Of a stretch of 64,000 bases of DNA, positions 27,543 to 39,441 are shown in pieces. The stretch lies in NCBI GenBank assembly GCA_027491415.1, contig JAOZFH010000063.1, forward strand, positions 64,414-128,413, read 5' to 3'. Source of the DNA: Thermoproteota archaeon (lineage in GTDB: Archaea; Korarchaeota; Korarchaeia; Korarchaeales; Korarchaeaceae). Below the pieces are notes generated by a model, which saw only the letters and a program-made list of their open reading frames with translations, ran no database searches and was not told where the DNA came from. The position numbers were made by a program, and so were the translations under genes. The stretch's first letter is position 1; each line of letters begins with the position of its first letter.

Positions 27543-27617
27543 CGTGGCCGTGGTGAGGCACCCTCCTACTAAAGTTTGAGCGGGGGCCGGTGTGGGGGGC
27601 TGTGACGTGGGGGAACC

Positions 27618-28589
27618 TCAGCCGGGAAAGAAGTGAGACCAGGCGGCGTCCACGAGGGCGTGCGTTAGCGCGGCGGCGGACACGTTCCTGCCCGAGAATA
27701 GGTAAGCCCTCGCGTAGAAGTAACCCGCCGCAGTCGCCAGCGCGGCGTACTTGACGTTCGGGACAGGCCCGTTGTTCAGGTGAGCCGCCCCGAAGATCAG
27801 GGAAGATGCAAGGATAGCCAGCCTGCCGGGCCCCAGCCTGACCTCGCACAGCTCGTGGACCACCCCCCTGAACAGGATCTCCTCGGGGAGGCCGGTCCCC
27901 ACGTATACGACGAGCAGGCTCAGGGGAAGGAGTTCGAGATCCCTTGGCCCGGGGCGGATGAAGTCTAGAGCGAGACCACCTGGGACGAGGATAGCGGCCG
28001 CCAGGGCGAACTCCCTCACGGACGCCACGACGCCCCCGCGCCCCAGGCCGTGGTCTACCCTCACTTCGAGGCCCCGGAGGAGCATGATGGAACCGGCCCC
28101 GGAGGTCATCGGGGCCAAGGTGGAGAGCGAGAGGCCCGAAGTCAGGTCGGCGCCACTGAGCAGACCGAATTCGGCGGGCAGCCAGGCCGCCAAGATGAGC
28201 GGGACGTCCCAGAGGTCTAGCCTTTTCCCCCTGAGGGGGAGGGCCAGAGCCGTCAGGGCGGCAGAGTACGCCACCAGTCTCACGGGGCTCTCGTCGGTCC
28301 ACCCCGCCGTCATGAAGGCGACGTGAACCATCGCCGGCAGCCAGACGACCGTCGCCGCCACGAGGGTGCTACTGAGGAGGCGTCTGGCCGTGGGGGAGCC
28401 TAGGAGTATGAACGACCCGACCGTCGCGGCAAAGGCCGCGGTTCTGGCCGCCAACCCGCCTGCGGCTACCCCCGGAGTCCATGAGATCTCGGCGAATATA
28501 AACGCCGTCAGCCCGAAGAGAGCTAGAGCAACCCAATCGCTCCGCGAGAGTTCCGTGCGCACCTCGTGCCGAACCGTCAGCCTGCCCAA
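27618..28589 (-). CDS. CPBP (CAAX/Abi) intramembrane metalloprotease
   Basis: EEILFRG, FGAAH, THALVD; multiple TM helices. Confidence 0.9.
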   Translation of the reverse strand: MGRLTVRHEVRTELSRSDWVALALFGLTAFIFAEISWTPGVAAGGLAARTAAFAATVGSFILLGSPTARRLLSSTLVAATVVWLPAMVHVAFMTAGWTDESPVRLVAYSAALTALALPLRGKRLDLWDVPLILAAWLPAEFGLLSGADLTSGLSLSTLAPMTSGAGSIMLLRGLEVRVDHGLGRGGVVASVREFALAAAILVPGGLALDFIRPGPRDLELLPLSLLVVYVGTGLPEEILFRGVVHELCEVRLGPGRLAILASSLIFGAAHLNNGPVPNVKYAALATAAGYFYARAYLFSGRNVSAAALTHALVDAAWSHFFPG

Positions 28590-28653
28590 AATGCGGCGGC
28601 CGGTCGCCGACTCGCCGCGGTTGGACGTCCAGCGGGCGAGGAGTCGAGGTGGG

Positions 28654-28730
28654 TGGAGCCCCGGGCGGGACTCGAACCCGCGACCTGCCGCTTACGAGGC
28701 GGCCGCTCTGCCGAGCTGAGCTACCGGGGC
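28654..28730 (-). tRNA. tRNA-Thr(CGT), CCA encoded
   Basis: GCCCCGG...GCCGC-CTCGTAA-GCGGC...GGTTCGAGTCC...TCCA. Confidence 0.96.
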
Positions 28731-28789
28731 TCGCTGACTCTGCTCCGTAGGCTCTATAAAATTCCTGCGGGAACATTACCGAAGAGGTA

Positions 28790-29323
28790 GTGATGGAAGA
28801 GAGGGACTTGGCGCTCGCCGCGGTCGCCGCAGCCGTCGGCGACGTTGAGGTTGCAAAGTCGCTGATGGAGTTAGCCTCCGCCGAGGAGTTTCACGAGGTG
28901 GAGCTGGCGCAGAGGCTCGATATGACCCAGCAGGAGGTCAGGAGGATACTCTACGCCCTCCAGGACGCGAACCTCGCCCACCAGCTCAGGACCGAGGAGC
29001 TGGAGGAAGGAGGGAGGAGGGTCTACTGGAGGCTGAATCTCGCCAACTCAAGGGACTTCCTGAGGTCAAGGCTGAAGAGGATCCGGGATCTCCTTATTGG
29101 TCGGCGGAGGCTGGAAGAGTTCAGCGAGTTCTACGTGTGCGCCAACGACCCAAGCCACCACAGGGTGAGATCGGATGATATCCTCCCGATGCTCATGGAC
29201 GGTGGGGAGGTCACCTGCCCGGTGTGCGGAGCCTCCTTAGAACCCGAAAACAGGGAGGCCATGCTGTCCAAGATTGATGGGCTCGTTGAGGCCATAGACG
29301 AGGTGCTCAGGCTGCTGGGGTGA
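28790..29323 (+). CDS. tfe: Transcription factor E (TFE alpha)
   Basis: wHTH (ELAQRL..VRRILYAL) plus Zn ribbon (YVC...CPVCG..L); followed by DUF2110. Confidence 0.88.
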   Translation: MMEERDLALAAVAAAVGDVEVAKSLMELASAEEFHEVELAQRLDMTQQEVRRILYALQDANLAHQLRTEELEEGGRRVYWRLNLANSRDFLRSRLKRIRDLLIGRRRLEEFSEFYVCANDPSHHRVRSDDILPMLMDGGEVTCPVCGASLEPENREAMLSKIDGLVEAIDEVLRLLG

Positions 29324-30114
29324 TGGCCCTGGTTCAGAGGGTACTGCTCGCCGAGAAGATCTACGGAAGGTCTCTAGACAGGAGGCTCGAGGAATTTGGC
29401 TGGGAGATCATGTCGCAGATCGAGGAGATGGACGTCGAAGGTCTCGATCTGGACGTCGTCGATAAGGACTGGGTGCTCGCCACGGTCGAGGGCAGGGACG
29501 AAGTCGCGGTGGCCAACCTTCTGAGGTTGAGGTACGGCGAGGTGAAGAGCATGGAGGAGGTGTCGGAAGGAGAGGAGCTCAGGGGCTTCATCACGGACCT
29601 CGGCAGGGTGGGCTACGGGGTGTACGTCGACGCCTTCGTGGAGGACAAAGACGCCCTCGTGCCCCTGTACGAGCTGAGGAGATCTCTGGTAGGCGGGAAG
29701 AGGCTCCCAGCCAGGCTGATTGCGAGGCTCTTCGGGTTCGTGGAGCGGATGCCCCTGAGGATCGTGGTAGAGAGGAGGAAAAATGGGACCGTCGACGCGT
29801 CCATAGCCCCGAGGCAGGCGGCGGAGTTCCAGAGGTGGATCAGGAGGGGCCTCGACGTGCTCGTGGTGTCTGGCTACACGGCCAGAGAGATAAGGAGGGC
29901 CCTCAGGAAGACCGGACACGCGGTGGACGTGATAAGGATTGAGAGGCTCGCCTTCCTCTGTCACGCCCTAGTCTGCAAGGCCGACACCCAGGCCAGGGGC
30001 CTAGTGCCAGCCGTCGGCCCGCACCTCCCCGGGGCGCCGCTGGGGGTCTTCTCTCCCAGGGAGATAAGGCGCACCATCAGCCAGGCAGATGGGTCCCAAG
30101 AGGAAGCCGAGTAG
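29320..30114 (+). CDS. DUF2110 family protein
   Basis: GRVGYGVYVD; conserved neighbour of tfe. Confidence 0.85.
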   Translation: MMALVQRVLLAEKIYGRSLDRRLEEFGWEIMSQIEEMDVEGLDLDVVDKDWVLATVEGRDEVAVANLLRLRYGEVKSMEEVSEGEELRGFITDLGRVGYGVYVDAFVEDKDALVPLYELRRSLVGGKRLPARLIARLFGFVERMPLRIVVERRKNGTVDASIAPRQAAEFQRWIRRGLDVLVVSGYTAREIRRALRKTGHAVDVIRIERLAFLCHALVCKADTQARGLVPAVGPHLPGAPLGVFSPREIRRTISQADGSQEEAE

Positions 30115-30136
30115 CTCGGCTGGGCGCCTAATCAAG

Positions 30137-31402
30137 TCAGGAGAGGTAGTCCGTGAGGTCTTCGAAGTCGGGTGGGTCTCTGGACGTCTCCCCGGGAGGG
30201 ATGATCTTTCCGTACACGCCGTCGTAGCCGGGTTCTATCCTCAGGCTACCCTCACGCATGACGCGCACGGACTGCGCCACCAGGTCGCCGGCAATGCTCC
30301 GCAGCCTCTCCAAGTCGCCAGACATGAGCGCCTCGAGCTCGGATCCGAACTCCCGAATCAAGGCCTCGTAGACGACCTGCGGCTTGTCGGGAAGCGCCCT
30401 CCTTGAGTTGGCCATGGCCAGAAGTTCCTCGAGCGGGATGAGGCTGTAGAACGGCCTTTTGTCAGGCGGCCTGTACCCCTCGGGCCTGTCGGCCAGCTCC
30501 TCCACTCTGTGCAGCACCCCGAGTGTCAGGGGCCTGCCGCACACCGGGCAGGTGTTCCCCCTCCTCGTGGCCTCCTTTGGGTGGAGCCTTACCCCGCAGT
30601 CCCTGTGCCCATCGTAGTGGTACTTCCCGTACTCCGGCGGGACCTCGACCGTGTAGGCTATCCTAGAAGTCCCCTCTCCGCGGATCGCCCTTACTATCTC
30701 CCTGTACTCCGGGGCCCTGACCTCGAAGGCCGTGAGTTCCCTCCCCAACCTCAGGGGGCTCGGGGAGTGTGCGTCTGAGAAGCTGACCAGCGAGTACCTG
30801 TCGAGGGAGCTCAGCCTCCAGTTCATCGGGGGGTCCGAGGAGAGGCCAGTCTCTATGGCGTGTATCCTCACGACCTGATCCCCGAAGGCCTCCTCAAGGG
30901 AGTCGAACCCGCTCCTGCTTCCGAATACGGAGTACCATGGCGTCCAAGCGTGGGCGGGGATCACCTCGATCCAAGGGTCCACCTCCGCGATCGCCTCCAC
31001 GAACTCGGCCGGCTCCACCGAGAGGGTCGGCCTCCCGTCCACGGCTAGGTCACCCCAGCTGGACGCGACCTCCGAGGCCTGCTCCGCCGCCTCGAGGCTC
31101 GGGGCGAGGACCACAACGTGAATTCGGTGGATCTTCTCGCCCCTCCTGAACTGAAGGTTGACCTCGGTCTGCGGAAGAAAGAGAACGCCGCCGTACTCAT
31201 AGAGATCTCCCGATTCGCCTCTCGAGAGCCAAGACCTGAGTTCCCTCATCCAGCCCGGGTGGGTGAAGTCACCGGTGCCGAGCAGGTCCACCCCCTTGAG
31301 CCTGGCCGCCGAGACCAGGTGCGGGATGTCCATCCTTGGGCTGGTGGCGCGGCTGTACCTCGAGTGAATGTGGAGGTCTGCCCTCAGGATCGTCCCCCTC
31401 AC
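30137..31402 (-). CDS. endoQ: Endonuclease Q family (PHP + Zn finger)
   Basis: ADLHIHSRYS, GTGDFTHP, PAHAWTPW, ETGLSSD, SDAHS, GKYH.DGHR.C, CPVCG, PGYDGVYG. Confidence 0.93.
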   Translation of the reverse strand: MRGTILRADLHIHSRYSRATSPRMDIPHLVSAARLKGVDLLGTGDFTHPGWMRELRSWLSRGESGDLYEYGGVLFLPQTEVNLQFRRGEKIHRIHVVVLAPSLEAAEQASEVASSWGDLAVDGRPTLSVEPAEFVEAIAEVDPWIEVIPAHAWTPWYSVFGSRSGFDSLEEAFGDQVVRIHAIETGLSSDPPMNWRLSSLDRYSLVSFSDAHSPSPLRLGRELTAFEVRAPEYREIVRAIRGEGTSRIAYTVEVPPEYGKYHYDGHRDCGVRLHPKEATRRGNTCPVCGRPLTLGVLHRVEELADRPEGYRPPDKRPFYSLIPLEELLAMANSRRALPDKPQVVYEALIREFGSELEALMSGDLERLRSIAGDLVAQSVRVMREGSLRIEPGYDGVYGKIIPPGETSRDPPDFEDLTDYLS

Positions 31403-32091
31403 CCCCCAGAGATTCGGCTGCAGATCGCCTCTGTGAGCCCGTCGAGGCTCGTGTATATCCCAACCCACCCGGCGGATTCGTCTTGCTCCCACATCACCGC
31501 CGCGCGGGGGGATGAGGAGCACGCGCCCCCTATGCCGCCGGGCAGCTCCACCGTTAGGTCCAGCTCGACGCCCCGCCTCGACTCCGCCAGCTTCAGTATC
31601 CTGCTCCAGAAGGGCGGCCGTGGATCTCCAGGGGAGAGAATGAGTCTTTCGCTGGCGGATCGGATCAGGGCGGAGGCGGCGGCCTCGAGGGCCCTGGCAC
31701 TCCTCAGAGGGACAAGCCAGGCGCCAGTGGAGACCTCAAACTCCACGTGCGGCGGGTCTGAGCTCGACGGGAGGAGGCTGACCAGACCCGCGGCGGCCTC
31801 TATGGCCCTCTCCATCGCCAGACTGAGGGCGGAGGAGATTACGTCCGCGGCCGGCTTGGACCTGAACGTCATGGGCCTTCCAGGCGCGACTTCCACCAAC
31901 CCCTTGGCGTGGAGCGAGTTCAGCGCCCTGTATGCTGTGGACAGTGGGAGCCCAGTCTCACGCGAGACCTGATCGGCAGTGAGCCCCACGCCCGTCTCCA
32001 GCAGACAGAGGAGGCTCTCCGCCTCAGACCTGGTCAGGCCGAGTGCCCTCAGCAGGTCCCCCGCACCGCGCCCGTCCTCTCGCCTCCTCAG
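31399..32091 (-). CDS. TrmB-family HTH regulator (probable CTG start)
   Basis: LLRALGLTRSEAE..LCLLETG + LTADQVSRETGLPLSTAYRALNSLHAKGLVE; the conserved N-helix lies upstream of the first GTG (31989). Confidence 0.7.
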   Translation of the reverse strand: MRRREDGRGAGDLLRALGLTRSEAESLLCLLETGVGLTADQVSRETGLPLSTAYRALNSLHAKGLVEVAPGRPMTFRSKPAADVISSALSLAMERAIEAAAGLVSLLPSSSDPPHVEFEVSTGAWLVPLRSARALEAAASALIRSASERLILSPGDPRPPFWSRILKLAESRRGVELDLTVELPGGIGGACSSSPRAAVMWEQDESAGWVGIYTSLDGLTEAICSRISGG

Positions 32092-32094
32092 GGC

Positions 32095-32400
32095 TCAGGC
32101 CACCTCGGCGAACACGCCATCCCTGGTTATCCTCTTAATCACCGCGGTGACGACCTCTCCGGGGTCCGCCGCCCCCCTCACTATGACCGTCCTGCCCCTG
32201 TACTGGCCGATCCCCTCGCCCCTCCTGGTGACGTCGGTTATCAAGAGTTCGATGACATCGCCCACCCTCAGCGAGGACTCCCTGCCAAACTGGGTCGCTC
32301 CGGCCCTCGGGGCGTATATGTCTATCCTCCTCTTACGTCCCAGGCGTCCCTTCCATCCACTCTGGGCGGTGCTGCCGCCCTTCGGGTTCTTCCTTGGCAT
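32095..32400 (-). CDS. Single TRAM-domain RNA-binding protein
   Basis: VGDVIELLITDVTRRGEGIG..G..VIVRGA.PGEVV. Confidence 0.85.
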   Translation of the reverse strand: MPRKNPKGGSTAQSGWKGRLGRKRRIDIYAPRAGATQFGRESSLRVGDVIELLITDVTRRGEGIGQYRGRTVIVRGAADPGEVVTAVIKRITRDGVFAEVA

Positions 32401-32457
32401 CAGAGACCCTCGTCGCCGGGGGACTTGCGCGGCCCGAAATATAAAGGAAGATGTCTC

Positions 32458-33852
32458 TCAGAGTGCCACCGCCACCTGAACGTCCATCACGTTCGTGTAG
32501 GTCGGACCCGTGAGGACTAGGTCTCCGAGCCTCCTGAAGAACTCGTAGGAGTTGTTGTCTCTCAGGAAGTCAGCCGGCCTCATACCAGCTTCTAGGGCCC
32601 TGTCAAGCGTTCGACCGTCCGCTATCGCGCCGGCCGCATCCGTGACCCCGTCGATCCCGTCCGTGCCGATCGAGAGCAGGGCGGCGCCCTCCAAGTCAGA
32701 CAGTTTCTCCACGGCCCCGAGAACCAGCTCCTGGTTCCTTCCCCCCTTTCCAGAGCCCGTGACCCGGACGGTGGTCTCCCCCCCGGAGACGATCGCGGCG
32801 GGAGGCTCCGCCGGCACGCCCTGGATCTTCGCCGCCTGGAGGATGCCCGCCAGCGCCCTTCCGACGTGCCTGGCCTCGCCCTCGACGAAGGATCCCAGGT
32901 TCACCACGCTCACGCCCTCTTGGGCGAGGGCCCTCGCCGCCTCCGAGACGGCGTGCGAGTTTGAGGCCACGACGACGTTGTGAACTCCCTCAAACACCTC
33001 GTCGCCCGGCTTCGGGGTCTCCGGCAGCTCGCCCAGGAGGCCACGCCTCAGGACCTCCACGACAGACTCGGGCATCTCGCCCACCATGTCATACTTCTCC
33101 AGGACCTCCCAGGCGTCCTCGAAGGACGTGGGATCGGGAGCGGTTGGGCCTGACGCTATAGAGTCCACCGGGTCGCCGACTATGTCCGAGACTATGAGGC
33201 CGACCACCTGGGCGGGCCTGGCCGCCCTGGCCAGCTGGCCTCCCTTGACCCTGGAGACGTGCTTCCTGACGGCGTTGATCTCCTGTATTGTCGCGCCGGA
33301 CCTGATCAACACGTCGTTCATTCTCTTGAGATCCTCCAGGCTGATGCCCCTCTGGGGGAGCTCCATGAGGGCCGATCCGCCCCCCGATATGAGGGCAAAG
33401 ACGATGTCCCCCTCGCCGGCCCGCTCCGCCAACTCGAGTATCCTCCTGGTCCCCTCGATGGTCCCCTCGTCGGGGATCGGGTGACCGGCAGGGTGGGCCG
33501 CGATTCTCTGGAGGGAGAAGACGCTCTCCGTCCCCCTCAGGACGTTTATGGAACCCGCCGCGATCTTCCCGTCGAGCAGACCCTCAATCGCCTCGGCCAT
33601 CCTGCCCGTGGCCTTCCCAGCCCCCAGAACGTAGACCGCGCCCGAGAGGTCGACCCGGACTCCCGACACCTCCGCATACCTCTCGGAGGCGGAAAAGCAC
33701 TTCCTAATGGCCAGCCTTGGGTCGGCGGACCTGACGGCAGCCTCCGCTGCTGCGAGAGCGAGCCTCCTGGCCCTCCTGTCGGGCTCAGTTCTCCCGTTGT
33801 TCACCAGCGCCTCGAAGTTCCGGATTATCGCCCCCTCTCCTATGCCTCCCAC
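32458..33852 (-). CDS. gck: Glycerate 2-kinase (MOFRL family)
   Basis: GAGKA, HPIPD, ISGGGSAL, SGGETTV, GGRNQE, GTDGIDG, TGPTYTNVMD. Confidence 0.95.
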   Translation of the reverse strand: MGGIGEGAIIRNFEALVNNGRTEPDRRARRLALAAAEAAVRSADPRLAIRKCFSASERYAEVSGVRVDLSGAVYVLGAGKATGRMAEAIEGLLDGKIAAGSINVLRGTESVFSLQRIAAHPAGHPIPDEGTIEGTRRILELAERAGEGDIVFALISGGGSALMELPQRGISLEDLKRMNDVLIRSGATIQEINAVRKHVSRVKGGQLARAARPAQVVGLIVSDIVGDPVDSIASGPTAPDPTSFEDAWEVLEKYDMVGEMPESVVEVLRRGLLGELPETPKPGDEVFEGVHNVVVASNSHAVSEAARALAQEGVSVVNLGSFVEGEARHVGRALAGILQAAKIQGVPAEPPAAIVSGGETTVRVTGSGKGGRNQELVLGAVEKLSDLEGAALLSIGTDGIDGVTDAAGAIADGRTLDRALEAGMRPADFLRDNNSYEFFRRLGDLVLTGPTYTNVMDVQVAVAL

Positions 33853-35129
33853 GGTTCCCTCCTCCCCACCTCCTCATATCTCTCATCCAGCCTGACGTGG
33901 CCGAACTCGATCAGTTCAGGAACTCCATAATACTTCGTCCTCACCTCGATAACCCTCGACCCTAAGTCGAGCCTCTCCAGCAGGCCGACGGCCGCGCAGA
34001 GTCCGTCGCCGCTCAGCAGACCCAGGTAGAGCCCCTTTAGCCTCTCGGGGGTGGTGTACCTCACCTCCTTTCCCGTAAGCTCAGCGATGAGCTTGAGGGT
34101 TCCCGCCTTTGGGCGGCCCTCGCACAGCATAGCAATGGCGTCCGGGGCCTCCTCGAGGTAGAGGAGTCTGCACCCCAGGGACCTGCTGAAAGGCTCCAGC
34201 AGGTCCGGCCTGGGCACCCCAGACCCCAGGAAGGTCCCAACCAACCCCACCTCGTCGAGGTCGTACGACCTGAGCGTGCCACCCTCGAGATACCTGGCGT
34301 AGGAGCTCCTCCTGCTCACCCTCCTCAGGGACCTGTACTTCTCAGAGACGTAGGGTGGCGGGGCCATGTCGACCACCCTCGCGCCCCCGGGAATGAGCCG
34401 CCTGATGTGCTCGGCCTCCCCCTCCCTCTGGATCATCAGCACCTTGGTAGGGTTCAGGGCGGCGAGCTTGAACCTCTTCAGCGCCCTCGCCGCGCCTCCC
34501 CTTATCATGCCGGTCGTGTTCACAAGAGTCACGTCAGCGCCCCTCTCCCGGGCGAGCCTCGCCAGTCTCAGAGAGCCGACCACCATCGGAAGCAGGTGAC
34601 CCCGGGGCGTCACATCCCCCACGAAGAACAGCGCCGAGGGCTCCGAGAGCTTTGGGTGGATCAGCGGGGAGTCGGCAAGCAGGAGGCCCATGGTCCCCGG
34701 GGGGCCCACATCGGACTGCCCGACGTCGGCGTCGAGCAGGGCCACCCTCATGCCCTCGGCGGCTAGTCGATTCGTGAGGAAGGTCAGCAGCCCGCTCTTG
34801 CCGACGTCAACCCCGCCCAATACGACGAGGGTGTCTCCCGGCTCGATGGAGCTGGCGACCTCCTCCCAAGACTCTGGAATGAGACCATCGAGGGGTTCGA
34901 CGCTGCCGGTTCCCGCCACAAGGACCCTCGACCTCTCCACGGCCCTCACGAGGACCGGCACGTCGGGATGATCCACACTCACCTCGTCCGCGGGAGCCCC
35001 CCAGACCTCCACCTCCCCCTCTAGGGTCGAGACCCTGAGGGGTCCGTAGACCACGAATCCCTGACCTGGCTCTAGCGTAACCTCTGAGCCCTCTTCGGCG
35101 TCGAGGGCCATCTGGATTTCCCGTGGCAA
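33840..35129 (-). CDS. Clp1/Grc3-like polynucleotide 5'-kinase
   Basis: GGVDVGKS, DADVGQSDVGPPG, VNTTG, R..RR lid motif. Confidence 0.9.
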   Translation of the reverse strand: MPREIQMALDAEEGSEVTLEPGQGFVVYGPLRVSTLEGEVEVWGAPADEVSVDHPDVPVLVRAVERSRVLVAGTGSVEPLDGLIPESWEEVASSIEPGDTLVVLGGVDVGKSGLLTFLTNRLAAEGMRVALLDADVGQSDVGPPGTMGLLLADSPLIHPKLSEPSALFFVGDVTPRGHLLPMVVGSLRLARLARERGADVTLVNTTGMIRGGAARALKRFKLAALNPTKVLMIQREGEAEHIRRLIPGGARVVDMAPPPYVSEKYRSLRRVSRRSSYARYLEGGTLRSYDLDEVGLVGTFLGSGVPRPDLLEPFSRSLGCRLLYLEEAPDAIAMLCEGRPKAGTLKLIAELTGKEVRYTTPERLKGLYLGLLSGDGLCAAVGLLERLDLGSRVIEVRTKYYGVPELIEFGHVRLDERYEEVGRREPWEA

Positions 35130-35163
35130 AAACCATTAAGGAGTTTACCAGGAGGGCCGCGGG

Positions 35164-36294
35164 ATGTCGAGTTCAGCTGACATCGTGGCCGAGCTCACCC
35201 TGAAAGACCACGAAGCCGTGGAGGCGGCTGCGGAGGCGTTAAACTCGGCGTTCAGGGGGCTGGGAGATCCGGCACCCAGGGTCAAGAGGGCGGCCGACGG
35301 GGAGAGGCTGACCGTGGAGATACCGCGAGACATCGTCGACCCCGCTTCTCCGGCCACCCACTTGACCCAGATGCTCAGGAGCGTCCTCAGGGCAATCCCA
35401 GCTGAGGCGAGGGTGTCCCGCATCGCCATACCCGAGGGGCTGTTCAGGGGGCCCAGGCTGGGGCTCAAGGACGTTCGCAGGTACACCGGCATAAGGGGCC
35501 CGCTGCTGGGGGTCGTGATAAAGGCAGAGAGCCGAGAACCGTTTGAGCTCGCTAAGAGGTTCTATGAGCTTGCCGCGTCCGGCGCAGACCTCGGGTTGGA
35601 ACCGGAGTTCCTAGTCGATCACCCTGACTCGCCCATCTCGGCCCGTGCGTCTCATGCCGCCGACATGATGGACAGGGTGAAGGAGGAAACAGGTAGGAGG
35701 CCGATCTATGTGGTGTCGGTCGAATCGAGAGCCGACGCGCTCGTGGATCGGGTTCAGGAGGCGGCAGACGCCGGCCTTCCGTTCGTGGCGGTAGAAGCGT
35801 CAAGCTTGGCGAACATAGAGGCCATAGCGGCTTTGGACGTCAAGATCGGCGTGTACGCCCGGGGAGGTCCAGGCTACGTCCCCATGCGCTGGCTCTCGCC
35901 CGGCGCGTGCGCCACCCTGCTCAGGCTGGCTGGGGCGGGGATGGTCGAGAGACCCTCGGCTGGCTCGGCGCCGAGGGCCAGCATAGAGGAGACGGACTCG
36001 GCCCTCCTAGGTAAGATTCAGGGGATCGGGAGCGCCATGCCGTCGGCCAGGGGGGTTATGCACCCGGGCTCGGTGGAGGCGAACGTCTCGCTGTTCGGGG
36101 CCAATCAGGTGCTCCTATTCGACGAGGGAGTCTACGACCACCCCTGGGGTTACAAGAGCGGCGTCTCGGCGGCGAGGGCGGCCATAGACGCGGCCCTCAG
36201 GGGCGAGGGGTTCTTCGAGGCGGTGGAGGCGAGCGAGGAGATAAGGGTCGCCGTGGACCGCTGGGGCTACCTCGCCCCCGACGCGGTCCGCTGA
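35164..36294 (+). CDS. RuBisCO large-subunit homologue, form III-like, predicted catalytically inactive
   Basis: FRGPRLG..VR, GVVIK, GAD, RVKEETG, LRLAG, HPG, HP.G..G..A.R.AIDA, WG..P are colinear with form III; KDDE replaced by LEPE. Confidence 0.85.
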   Translation: MSSSADIVAELTLKDHEAVEAAAEALNSAFRGLGDPAPRVKRAADGERLTVEIPRDIVDPASPATHLTQMLRSVLRAIPAEARVSRIAIPEGLFRGPRLGLKDVRRYTGIRGPLLGVVIKAESREPFELAKRFYELAASGADLGLEPEFLVDHPDSPISARASHAADMMDRVKEETGRRPIYVVSVESRADALVDRVQEAADAGLPFVAVEASSLANIEAIAALDVKIGVYARGGPGYVPMRWLSPGACATLLRLAGAGMVERPSAGSAPRASIEETDSALLGKIQGIGSAMPSARGVMHPGSVEANVSLFGANQVLLFDEGVYDHPWGYKSGVSAARAAIDAALRGEGFFEAVEASEEIRVAVDRWGYLAPDAVR

Positions 36295-36309
36295 CACGAC
36301 TGGGGTCGG

Positions 36310-38148
<1,839 letters not shown>

Positions 38149-38164
<16 letters not shown>

Positions 38165-39441
38165 CGCCACCCCTCCATGGTCGACCAGTCCCACCTGACC
38201 CCCTCGGGCAGGAAAAGTCCGTAGACCACGGCGCCCCTCCAGACGGAGAACTGGGGCTCCCTGACCATCTTAGGCTGTGTCTCGATCCCAGCGTCCCGGA
38301 GCATCCTAGACAGCTTCGTGGGGCTGTCCACCGCCACGCCCTCCAGTCCAGCTGGAACCGTCCAGCTGAATGCGCCGCCGGACAGTATCACGTTCCTCAG
38401 GAGCGTCGACTGGATCTCTACCGGCGTCCTCGAGACGGCCTCCCTGATGGCCTCCGCCAGGGAGACCTTGCCTGGTATGACCCTGTCGCCCACTATCGTG
38501 TCCCTGGGCCCGGGGAAGCCCCTGGAGTAGTAGCTCTCGAAGACCTCGTGCCCCGGGTTGAAGTAGAACTCCCCGATGAGGAACCTCTGCCACGCCTTGT
38601 CCCCCATGTCCACTTCAACAGTCGTCCCGGGGATCCTGAACCTGGAGGTCAGGGCGGCCGGGTGCTCCCTGGCCCACGAGATGGCAGAGTTCAGGTCAAG
38701 CGGGACGAGGCCAGCCATCTCCTTGAACATCCTGACGAACTTGTCCTCCCTGGCCAGCTCTGGATAGCCGAGGTCCTTCAGGATCTGCCTGGCTATGGCG
38801 TCGGAATCAGACCCTCCCCTGTTAAGCGGAATCACGGCACCTCGAATCACGTCCCGACTTATTGGGGTGATCTGCGTGTTTCCGTGTCCGCCCTCCAGGA
38901 CGACGCAGGTCGTCGCCTTCTCGGCGATCGCCACGGCGAGCGGCTGGGGTATTATGGTCATGGCCCGGACGAGCGTCTTCCCCTCCTCGGAGTTTAGCTG
39001 ACCGTGGATCTCGAAGAGCCTCTCGTACATGTACGTCGGGGCCTGCGCGGCGAGGGCCGCGACGACGTAGAACCCCGTGAACCTGCCGCCGAGGGGGCTC
39101 TGCGCGCCCGGATAGTGCTTCAGGAGGGCGAACCTCGTCAACTCCTTGACGACCTTCCAGCCCCGCTCGTCGTCCCGAGGGACGACTCCGTTCCTCATTG
39201 GGTAGTAGAGCCTCTCGAGATCCTCCCTGGACTCCAGGTACTCGGAGACCTCGGGCCCGACGACGATCTCCCTTGGCTCGATCCCCCTGATCTCGGCCAC
39301 CACCTTGGACATCCTCGGGAAGTACCCCCTGTTCTCCACCATCTCCGGGTACTTCCCGACCCAGAGGGGCCCGAACTTGAAGTAGGAGGTCCCGTAGTCC
39401 ATCCCGAAGACGGGCCTGTTCTCCGCCACCCTCCTCACCAC
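38149..39441 (-). CDS. Crenactin (archaeal actin)
   Basis: DYGTSYFKFG, YPMRNG, IPQPLAVAIAE, EGGHGNTQITPI, VILSGG, EPQFSVWRG. Confidence 0.93.

Noticed and set aside
27480-27545. GGCGATGA start resembling a fluoride (crcB) riboswitch
   Set aside because: No matching TCGCC pairing strand or CTGATGAC/G 3' motif; a C/D box layout fits better.
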